Shown here: one piece after another, positions 26,165 through 32,576 of the stretch | How positions within the stretch are numbered: the first letter of the stretch is position 1 | Layout: every line of letters starts with the position of its first letter | The notes under the pieces: generated by a model | Databases searched by the model: none | What the model saw: the letters and a program-made list of their open reading frames with translations, nothing else | Told to the model about the DNA's origin: nothing | Translations under genes and position numbers: made by a program | From: a virus | Lineage: Duplodnaviria > Caudoviricetes | IMG/VR virus record: IMGVR_UViG_3300033067_000687 | Coordinates: 1 to 40,545 of that record | Strand: one strand, 5' to 3' | DNA length: 40,545 nt

Positions 26165-26855
26165 GGCGGCGCTCCATCCGGAACAGTTCGAGGTCCGCGA
26201 GCGGGAACCACTCCAGCACCCGCTGGAAATCGCGGGGCGACTGCTCGCGGAGCGGGGCCATGAACCGATAGTCGAGGCCGTCGAAGGTCCGTCCGAACCA
26301 CTTGTAATCGACGGGAAGCTTGACGCCAGACTGCTTGATCTCGGAGATCAACTGCTCTTTGCGCCAGTCGAAGACCGGGAAGAAGGTCCGCTTGCCCTCG
26401 TTGAGCGGGCCGTGGCGCTTGATCGCGGTCCACCGCTGCGGACTGTCAACGGCGCGGACGCCGACCGCGCAGAACGTCTGCTGCGGAAGGCCGAAGATGT
26501 GCTTACTGACGACGAAGGCGTCCGGGTAGTCGTACTTCAGGAGGTTGGCCTGCTCGATGATGGCGCAATGCTCGGGCGGCTGGAAGATCAGCGCGTTCAG
26601 CCAGCGGTAGAGCGAGGGGTGCGGCAGGCGCAGGATGCGGGTGTCGAAGACCCGCTCGTAGTAGCGGAGCGACCGCTCGATGAACTCCAGGTCCGGCACG
26701 AGGTACATGTAGACGGGGAAGACCTCGATACCGTGCTTCCGCAACTGGAGCCAGCAGGCGATGGAGTCCTTGCCCGTCGAGAACGAGAGCAGCGCCTTGC
26801 CACCGCCCTGCTCTTTGACGTAGCGGCAGAGTTCGTCGGACGACTCGAACTGCAC
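26148..26855 (-). CDS. PP-loop adenine-nucleotide alpha-hydrolase (PAPS-reductase/DndC-like fold)
   Basis: LLSFSTGKDS PP-loop, VGVRAVDSPQR, FPVFDW; AAAGGA RBS. Confidence 0.8.
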   Translation of the reverse strand: MQFESSDELCRYVKEQGGGKALLSFSTGKDSIACWLQLRKHGIEVFPVYMYLVPDLEFIERSLRYYERVFDTRILRLPHPSLYRWLNALIFQPPEHCAIIEQANLLKYDYPDAFVVSKHIFGLPQQTFCAVGVRAVDSPQRWTAIKRHGPLNEGKRTFFPVFDWRKEQLISEIKQSGVKLPVDYKWFGRTFDGLDYRFMAPLREQSPRDFQRVLEWFPLADLELFRMERRRDFYA

Positions 26856-26906
26856 GTATCGGCATCCTTTCTCGGTCGGTCTGGGTGCTCCAGACGGTCA
26901 AATGTG

Positions 26907-26915
26907 AGCATAGCA
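26907..26915 (-). promoter_or_regulatory. Extended -10 (TGcTATGCT) for the packaging/late operon
   Basis: About 50 bp upstream of the PP-loop gene; similar TGn-10 elements precede portal and protease. Confidence 0.45.
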
Positions 26916-26930
26916 CGGCCCGGCGGCCGG

Positions 26931-27165
26931 CTTCCTGGGGCCATCCTGGTAGCCTCCTGGGGCCATCCTGGGGCCAGTACGGTGATTCTTGCCTCCTGGG
27001 GCCATTGTGGGGCTTCCTGGGGCCATTGTGGCATCTCTAGGGATGATACGGCTTCCGGGGCTTCCTGGGGCCATTGTGGGGCCAGAATCGGCCATCCTGG
27101 GGCCATTGTGACCAGGATGGGGCTACCGGGCCATTCTGGGGCTTCCTGGGGCCATTCCGGGCCAG
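26931..27165. repeat. Left repeat array: 8 x CCTGGGGCCA, including 3 exact GGGGCTTCCTGGGGCCATT
   Basis: Copies start at 26934, 26956, 26967, 26995, 27016, 27064, 27096, 27145. Confidence 0.9.
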
Positions 27166-27181
27166 TCTGCCATCTCTAGGG

Positions 27182-27199
27182 CTGTTACATATGCAACAG
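27182..27199. promoter_or_regulatory. Imperfect palindrome CTGTTACATATGCAACAG upstream of the -35
   Basis: 8 of 9 positions pair; AT-rich UP-element position. Confidence 0.5.
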
Positions 27200-27209
27200 T
27201 CAAAATGGG

Positions 27210-27238
27210 TTGACAACCATCTCTAGGGATGGTAGAGT
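27210..27238 (+). promoter_or_regulatory. Sigma70 promoter with a palindromic operator filling the spacer
   Basis: TTGACA (27210-15), 17 bp, TAGAGT (27233-38) with extended TG; ACCATCTCTAGGGATGGT at 27216-33; related copies at 27032 and 27171. Confidence 0.8.
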
Positions 27239-27288
27239 CAATCTTGCCAGGAGGCACTAGCCTCTTGAGCCAGCCAGGAGATACCACG

Positions 27289-28053
27289 GTGACAATCAAG
27301 GCTTCGGATCTGTCCTTTGGGGTTGAGATTGAATGCCTCATGCCAGCGGGCCGGCAGTTTGCAGCCGGTGGCTACCATCGGGGCCAGCAGATCCCGTCGC
27401 TCGGGGAGTGGTCGGCGGCCGGCTGGAATGCTCAGGCAGATTCGAGCGTGTCGGGCGGCGTTGAGGTTGTCTCTCCCATCCTGACCGGGGAAGAGGGGCT
27501 GTACCAGACATGGGCGGTCGTGGAGTACCTCGCTTCCATCGGCACCCAGGTTGACCGGCGGTGCGGCCTGCATGTGCATGTGGACGCACGGTCGCTCACG
27601 GAAGCCCAGGTGCGGACCATCCAACGGGAGTTTCAGAAGGTCGAGCGAGCGTTCTACGCGCTGAACGCTGAGAAGGCCGGGGAGCGGTGGGGCAGCATCT
27701 ACTGCATGCCGTACTCGCGGGTGGGGGCCGCTCAGGCAGACGGCACCCGGTACATGAGCCTCAACATTCAGAACTGGCTCCGGGGGACGCGCTCAAAGAA
27801 GACTCTGGAGTTCCGGCTCTTCGCTGGCACGATGGACCCTCGCAAGGTCATGACGGCGGTCCTGATGTGTGTCTCTCTGGTGGCGGCAGTTGCCAACGGC
27901 GAGACGTTCGCAGAGAAGCCCGATGCGGTGGGCCAGACCAAAGTCCTCATCAAGCAGGCTATCCAGAAGCATCGCATCGTTGAGGGCCACGGTGTCTCGG
28001 ATGTGCTGCGGTACATGCTAGAGGAAGTGGGCCGGGCCACCATACCGGCCTAA
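27289..28053 (+). CDS. Putative amidoligase (COOH-NH2 ligase, Amidoligase_2-type)
   Basis: FGVEIE, DSSV..GVEVVSPIL, CGLHVHV, RYMSLN, TLEFR; AGGAG RBS before GTG at 27289. Confidence 0.88.
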   Translation: MTIKASDLSFGVEIECLMPAGRQFAAGGYHRGQQIPSLGEWSAAGWNAQADSSVSGGVEVVSPILTGEEGLYQTWAVVEYLASIGTQVDRRCGLHVHVDARSLTEAQVRTIQREFQKVERAFYALNAEKAGERWGSIYCMPYSRVGAAQADGTRYMSLNIQNWLRGTRSKKTLEFRLFAGTMDPRKVMTAVLMCVSLVAAVANGETFAEKPDAVGQTKVLIKQAIQKHRIVEGHGVSDVLRYMLEEVGRATIPA

Positions 28054-28445
28054 CGGCCCGGCCCCATCCCTACCAGGAAGCCCCCGGAAGCCGGGGGCTT
28101 CCTACATGACCGGCCCATGCGGGCCGGCACATGTGGCCCGGACGGAAGCGGCCGGGCCACATGTGCCGGTAGCAGAATCGGCCCAGGAAGCCCCAGGAAG
28201 CCCCCGGATCGGCCGGGTGCTATGGGGATAGTACCGGCCCCCATTCCGGGCCTCCTGACGGCCATCTGGCCCCATTCTGCGGCATTTTATGTTGTCAGTC
28301 TGGCCCCATGTGATGCCAGAACGGTCACAGGAAGCCCCAAACCCGGCCGGCTGGCCCCAGGATCGGCCCGGCCGGAATCGGCCCCCGGAAGCCCAGGAAT
28401 CAAGCCCCAGGATCGGCCGGCAACGGCCCGGCCTACCAGACCAGA
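28054..28445. repeat. Right repeat and hairpin array, inverted relative to the left array
   Basis: CAGGAAGCCCC x4 (28074, 28184, 28194, 28328) and TGGCCCCAGG (28352) are reverse complements of left units; 13-bp hairpin 28075-28103; 18-bp hairpin 28124-28169. Confidence 0.85.
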
Positions 28446-28461
28446 CCAGGAGGGTAGAGAG

Positions 28462-29172
28462 ATGACAACAGGCACACAAGAGCTAATCCAGAAGGCGCTG
28501 TCGCTCGGCGGGCACAAGCGGAAGGCCGGCAAGCCGGTCCAGAAGAAGCGCCGGATCGTCTGCCACGAGGGGACGGGCACCGGCATTGTCAAGGCCGTAG
28601 TCGAGCGGCTCGGCGGCGTGCTGCGGGTGGTCAATACTCTGGAAGAGGCGCAGACGCTCTCGTTCGACGGGCTGCTGCTCCTGGGTGGGGCCGACATCAA
28701 CCCGGCGTGGTACGGCGAGGCCATCACCCATGCCACCCGGATCGACCAGAAGCGCGACATCATCGAGTGGTGCCTGATCCGGCGGGCCATCACGGCGGGC
28801 GTCCCGGCGATGGGCATTTGCCGGGGCAACCAGATGCTCGCGGCGGCGCACGGCGGGAGTCTGTACCAGGATCTGCTGGCAGACGGCGTGACGACGCGCA
28901 ATCACAGCGGCCGGGGCCACCGGCTGGTGGACGTGATGCGCCCACTGGCCCGCCACATGCCGGGCACCCGACAGGTCAACTCGTACCACCATCAGGCCGT
29001 CAAGACGGTCCCGCACGGCTTCGACGTGGCGGCAGAGTCCGAAGACGGGGTGATCGAGGCGATCTGGCGACCGGGCTACCTGGGCGTCCAGTGGCACCCG
29101 GAGTTGCTGATCGGCCAGGGCGATTCGGATTGGGTGACGCTGTTCAAGTGGTTCATGGCCGGGCTAGACTAA
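28462..29172 (+). CDS. Class I glutamine amidotransferase / peptidase C26 (PuuD-like)
   Basis: DGLLLLGGADINP, MGICRGNQ (catalytic Cys), VNSYHHQAV, GVQWHPE; GGAGG RBS before ATG at 28462. Confidence 0.92.
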   Translation: MTTGTQELIQKALSLGGHKRKAGKPVQKKRRIVCHEGTGTGIVKAVVERLGGVLRVVNTLEEAQTLSFDGLLLLGGADINPAWYGEAITHATRIDQKRDIIEWCLIRRAITAGVPAMGICRGNQMLAAAHGGSLYQDLLADGVTTRNHSGRGHRLVDVMRPLARHMPGTRQVNSYHHQAVKTVPHGFDVAAESEDGVIEAIWRPGYLGVQWHPELLIGQGDSDWVTLFKWFMAGLD

Positions 29173-29180
29173 GAGCGCGA

Positions 29181-29208
29181 GGGATGGCAGACGGGCGTCT
29201 GCCATCCC
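29181..29208. promoter_or_regulatory. Perfect 12-bp hairpin before the HTH gene, sharing the operator half-site
   Basis: GGGATGGCAGAC-GGGC-GTCTGCCATCCC; GTCTGCCATC also at 27165. Confidence 0.5.
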
Positions 29209-29225
29209 GTCACTGGAGGCCCGAC

Positions 29226-29486
29226 ATGACAGCGCCAGCCACGAAGAGGAAGCCGCGAAGAAAAGCGGCACCCCGGACGTACTCAACCCAAGAGGTCGCG
29301 GACATGGTGAACCGTGCCCGCGTGACCGTCCGTCAGCTTGCACAGAAGTACGAAGACGACCCGAAGCCCATCGGCCAGAAGATCGGCCGCGACTGGCGCT
29401 TCACCGACGAGGACGTAGAGCGTATCAAGGTGCTTCAGCCACCCGACGAGGCTCGTCTGCGGCGGCTCCCGGAAGTCGCGCCCTGA
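29226..29486 (+). CDS. MerR/excisionase-like HTH DNA-binding protein
   Basis: YSTQEVADMVNRARVTVRQLA...KIGRDWRFTDEDV; GGAGG RBS. Confidence 0.8.
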   Translation: MTAPATKRKPRRKAAPRTYSTQEVADMVNRARVTVRQLAQKYEDDPKPIGQKIGRDWRFTDEDVERIKVLQPPDEARLRRLPEVAP

Positions 29487-29493
29487 CCCTGGC

Positions 29494-29703
29494 TCAGTTC
29501 ACCGAAAAGCCCGCCCGATCCTTCACGTTCTGCGTGAGGGTATCGAGGCGGGCTTTTTGCTGCTCGGAGAGCGGCTCGACGGCGAGTTCGGCCGCGCGCT
29601 GCTCGACATGCTCCAGCGTCAGCGTGCCGCCGACGTAGAGGATCTCCAGGGTGTCGATCTGCGAGTCGATCAGCGCCGCCCTGAACCGTGCCTGTGCATC
29701 CAT
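29494..29703 (-). CDS. Hypothetical protein (starts MDAQARF)
   Basis: GGAGGGG RBS; TAGAAT -10 at 29723-28. Confidence 0.55.
   Translation of the reverse strand: MDAQARFRAALIDSQIDTLEILYVGGTLTLEHVEQRAAELAVEPLSEQQKARLDTLTQNVKDRAGFSVN
29505..29558. terminator. Long hairpin terminator closing the + strand island
   Basis: AAAAGCCCGCC-CGAT-CCTTCACG loop CGTGAGGG-ATCG-GGCGGGCTTTTT; overlaps the 3' end of the convergent ORF. Confidence 0.7.
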
Positions 29704-29729
29704 GACGCCCCTCCCGTCATGGATTCTAC

Positions 29730-30179
29730 CTACGCGGACTTCGCCCCTTGCGCCACGCGGACGTAACGGATCGTCCCGTCGAGCGCGAAGACCATCTTCA
29801 CCCGCCGAGTGGCGAGCAGGCGGTCCAGGGCGGCGAGCCACTCGCGCCGCGTGGCATCGACCTCGACGGCCTCGGCCAGCGCGACCGCCGACATCGAGCC
29901 GTGCGGCTGGAGATCGAGCAAGTTGTAGATCGCCGTCTCAAACTCGGCGGTGCGCTTCGGGTCGGGCGGCGCGTTCTTCGGAGGACGGCCGCGACGGGGA
30001 CGCTCCGGCTCCACGACCGGCCGGGCCACGATCACGCGGGCGACCACCGACCGACCGCACATCAGGCAGTCCACGTCGTCGTCTGCGATGTGCGAGACGT
30101 AGCTTGACGGCCCGGCTCCGCAGGCCGGGCAGGACGGGTGCAGCACCACCTTGCGCGGGGTCATCACGAGCGTAGCCAT
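29730..30179 (-). CDS. Zinc finger plus wHTH-like protein, candidate late regulator
   Basis: CPACG...CLMCG, AT-hook-like RRGRPPK, C-terminal helix/wing pattern. Confidence 0.55.
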   Translation of the reverse strand: MATLVMTPRKVVLHPSCPACGAGPSSYVSHIADDDVDCLMCGRSVVARVIVARPVVEPERPRRGRPPKNAPPDPKRTAEFETAIYNLLDLQPHGSMSAVALAEAVEVDATRREWLAALDRLLATRRVKMVFALDGTIRYVRVAQGAKSA

Positions 30180-30586
30180 GCGTCGTCTCCCTCCAGTTCC
30201 CTGCTCAGGCGCTTGATCGCCGCGTTGAAGGCGGCGAGAACGGCCTCGTGGCCCTCGTACTTGTTGAGCCAGGAGATGTGCGTGTCGGTGCCGTTGGTCG
30301 GGTCGAGCGCCGCGTTGCAAGCCCGCTGGAGTTCCCAGGTCGGGCAGACGCGCCAGACCGCGCCGAGTCCGGTGAAGCGGACGGCGTGCGGGCTGCGGTA
30401 GTCGCAGGCGACGCCGTTGGCGTCCTGGGCCAAGTCGTAGCGGCTCCAGTTGGCCGGCTTGACGATCAGGCGGCGAGCCTTGCGGAGCGCGTCCAGCACG
30501 GCCTGGGCCGAGATGATGATGTCGTTGCGGCCGACCTTCTTCGAGAACTGGCCGGAACGACGGTCGAGAGAGATGACACGATCCAC
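30164..30586 (-). CDS. Conserved-looking phage hypothetical protein
   Basis: AGGAGG RBS before GTG at 30586; ALRKARRLI...W...GAV...HEAVLAAFNAAI. Confidence 0.55.
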   Translation of the reverse strand: MDRVISLDRRSGQFSKKVGRNDIIISAQAVLDALRKARRLIVKPANWSRYDLAQDANGVACDYRSPHAVRFTGLGAVWRVCPTWELQRACNAALDPTNGTDTHISWLNKYEGHEAVLAAFNAAIKRLSRELEGDDAWLRS

Positions 30587-30596
30587 CGAGAGCCTC

Positions 30597-31136
30597 CTAG
30601 CGGGAGAGAATCGCGGCGACCTCGCTATCTGTCGGGCGTCGGTGTCCCTTGCTGCGATTGCAGGGGTGACACGACGGAACAAGGTTCTCCATCGTGTTCG
30701 AGCCACTGTGACAGAGCGGAAGGACGTGATCCCACGTCTCTTGTTCGCCGCCGCAGTAGCGGCACGGGCCAACGAGCAATTTCAGCAGGCGACCTTGGAG
30801 ACGACCGGGTACTCCCCATCGCCGCGCTCGTGCATTGGCTCTGACAGCAAAAGAGATCGAGCGGTACGACCAGGATTTCGCCTGCGCGTACAACCGCGAC
30901 CTCTCGTTGTGTTCCGTCTTGTGTTCGCTGTAGTAGCGTCTCTGTCGTTCGTTCAGTTCAGATCGGTGCCGCTCCTTGTACCGTGTCCGATTTTCTCGGA
31001 CCTTGGCTGGATCTCTTCCTGTGCCAGTCCCGCGCAACGATGCGGCGTAACACTGGCGCGAGCAATACGGGCGATTTGCGTAACTCGGGCTGACCAGTTC
31101 GATCTGCCCGCACCGGCGGCACGTCCTTTCGACCAT
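30597..31136 (-). CDS. HNH endonuclease
   Basis: CRYCG...WDHVLPL..SGSNTMENLVPSCHPCNRSKG; N-terminal CxxC/YCS..C; visibly lower GC. Confidence 0.9.
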   Translation of the reverse strand: MVERTCRRCGQIELVSPSYANRPYCSRQCYAASLRGTGTGRDPAKVRENRTRYKERHRSELNERQRRYYSEHKTEHNERSRLYAQAKSWSYRSISFAVRANARARRWGVPGRLQGRLLKLLVGPCRYCGGEQETWDHVLPLCHSGSNTMENLVPSCHPCNRSKGHRRPTDSEVAAILSR

Positions 31137-31138
31137 CG

Positions 31139-31543
31139 CTACCTCGCTAGAACTTTGAGGATCTCGGGCCAGTCAGAGGGCTTCCATACGAACACCTCGA
31201 CGCCTGGGATCTGACGGAACAAGTCGAGCCACTCCTGCTGCTCGGGGCTGACGCGCCCCTTCTCGCTCTTCAGTTCGGCCACGATCAGGCGCGAGCCTCG
31301 GAACAGGAACAGGTCGGGCCAGCCCTTCTTGTTGCGTCGGCGCTTGACGGCTTCGCCGCAGCGGTCGCACTTGCGCGGCGTGTTGGTCGCCTCGTCGTGC
31401 CAGGAGGCCCACCCCATCAGGTCGGCCGTGGCGACGACTTGGCGGTGCAAGACCCGCTCGGGCACGGATGCCGCGAGCGGGTCGATGGCGGTCGAGCGGT
31501 AGCCGAGCGGACGGCCACGCTGTCCTGTGAAACGGGCTACCAT
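31139..31543 (-). CDS. VRR-NUC domain nuclease
   Basis: GWPDL...AELKSEKGRVSPEQQEW...VWKPSD. Confidence 0.88.
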   Translation of the reverse strand: MVARFTGQRGRPLGYRSTAIDPLAASVPERVLHRQVVATADLMGWASWHDEATNTPRKCDRCGEAVKRRRNKKGWPDLFLFRGSRLIVAELKSEKGRVSPEQQEWLDLFRQIPGVEVFVWKPSDWPEILKVLAR

Positions 31544-31549
31544 GTTGTC

Positions 31550-31578
31550 ATTTTAGCAAACATTTGTTGTCACTACAA
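31550..31578 (-). promoter_or_regulatory. Sigma70 promoter giving a probable leaderless mRNA
   Basis: TTGTAG, 17 bp, TAAAAT (with extended TG), ATG 6 nt later; TGACAACA direct repeat 22 bp apart. Confidence 0.65.
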
Positions 31579-31585
31579 GGGAGCA

Positions 31586-31774
31586 TCAGGCGAGCCGCGT
31601 GCAGCCGCTCTCGGTCATCGTGATGTCCTTGCCGTCCTGCATCAGCCGCCCGATCTCCCGCCGGACGATCTGCGGCGTGCTGCCCACCTGGACCGCGATC
31701 TCCTGGTACGTCGTCCAGCGGTCGGACGGGATCAACGTCAGCAGGACGTACGGGTCGATGCTCCGCTCGATCAT
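31586..31774 (-). CDS. Small winged-HTH protein
   Basis: TTYQEIAVQVGSTPQIVRREIGRL. Confidence 0.6.
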   Translation of the reverse strand: MIERSIDPYVLLTLIPSDRWTTYQEIAVQVGSTPQIVRREIGRLMQDGKDITMTESGCTRLA

Positions 31775-31971
31775 GCCGCCGTCGCCGCTTGCTGCTTGTG
31801 GCGCTTGCCGGCCCGGTGCGCGTGGGACGGCTTCGGCGTGGCCTTCGCCTGCATCCAGCCGCACTCGCAGCGGGCCTGATAGTGCGTCTCGATGCCGTGC
31901 GGCCCCCGGACCGGCACCGGCTGGTCCCAGGTCCGATGCTTCACAGGTCGAGTTTCCATTCGTCCTCCCAC
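31771..31971 (-). CDS. Small zinc-binding hypothetical protein
   Basis: YQARCECGW...H...H; start uncertain. Confidence 0.45.
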   Translation of the reverse strand: MGGRMETRPVKHRTWDQPVPVRGPHGIETHYQARCECGWMQAKATPKPSHAHRAGKRHKQQAATAA

Positions 31972-32084
31972 GGCTCCCGGACGTAGGCGTTCTGCGGCCC
32001 CAGGTCAACCATCGCCAGGACGCCGATCAGCACCCCGACGATGGCACCGGCACAGAACGCGACGGCGATCTTCAAGACGGTCAC
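31941..32084 (-). CDS. 47-aa single-TM peptide
   Basis: MTVLKIAVAFCAGAIVGVLIGVLAM...; translated by hand, below the ORF track cutoff. Confidence 0.4.
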   Translation of the reverse strand: MTVLKIAVAFCAGAIVGVLIGVLAMVDLGPQNAYVREPWEDEWKLDL

Positions 32085-32142
32085 GATCCCCCCGATCTCG
32101 CGTTGAAGGGGAAGCCCCGCCCCGCGCGCGGCTTCGAGTCGG

Positions 32143-32331
32143 TCATCGCGAATCCCTCATGACATGGATGCTGCCGTCCCAGAACGGCAGCAGGAAGACC
32201 TCGAAGACCCATTCGAGCGGCCGACTACAGGTCATCGTCGCCTCGCCGCAGCAGAGGCAGTAGACGCCCTTGAACGGCCAGCGCCAGATGTAGGCCGGCA
32301 GGAGCGACGGCTCGTCGCAGCACGGCGTCAT
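32143..32331 (-). CDS. Hypothetical Cys-rich protein
   Basis: ATGA coupling. Confidence 0.45.
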   Translation of the reverse strand: MTPCCDEPSLLPAYIWRWPFKGVYCLCCGEATMTCSRPLEWVFEVFLLPFWDGSIHVMRDSR

Positions 32332-32576
32332 CGCGCCGCCAATTCCAGGCGCACGAGCGTCGTCTCGACGTGCTCGGGCGTCTCGCCGGTGATCTCGTAG
32401 GTCGCCACGTTCCGGATCGTCTTCACGATCAGGAGGTTGTCCACGCGCTCTAGGAAGCTTGGGTCAGCCGTCCGCAGCAACTCCTTCGACCACGAGGCGT
32501 CGAACTCCCAATCGCCCCGCAGCGCGACGCCGGCGACCGTGCCGTCCTGCTCGTAGATCATGTCGAAGTACATCAA
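32328..32576 (-). CDS. Hypothetical protein
   Basis: Coupled ORF. Confidence 0.5.
   Translation of the reverse strand: MMYFDMIYEQDGTVAGVALRGDWEFDASWSKELLRTADPSFLERVDNLLIVKTIRNVATYEITGETPEHVETTLVRLELAAR

Noticed and set aside
26148-26855. Auxiliary sulfur-metabolism gene cysH
   Set aside because: It lacks the C-terminal catalytic Cys motif, and its context is packaging, not metabolism.
26931-27165. Repeat array as a CRISPR or mini-array
   Set aside because: Units are 10-19 bp with irregular, often very short and repetitive spacers, and there are no cas genes.
26597-27179. ORFs with MAPG/WPQE/ASWGH repeats across the left array
   Set aside because: These are translations of the DNA repeat in several frames; they lack an RBS and overlap the PP-loop gene.
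27182-27199. E. coli-type LexA box
   Set aside because: Spacing is CTG-N12-CAG, not N10, and a Gram-positive-type box is present elsewhere.
27229-27288. Amidoligase start at ATG 27229
   Set aside because: It lies inside the promoter spacer; GTG 27289 has the AGGAG RBS.
28117-28461. 115-aa N-terminal extension of the amidotransferase
   Set aside because: Low-complexity read-through of repeat DNA; a good GGAGG RBS supports ATG 28462.
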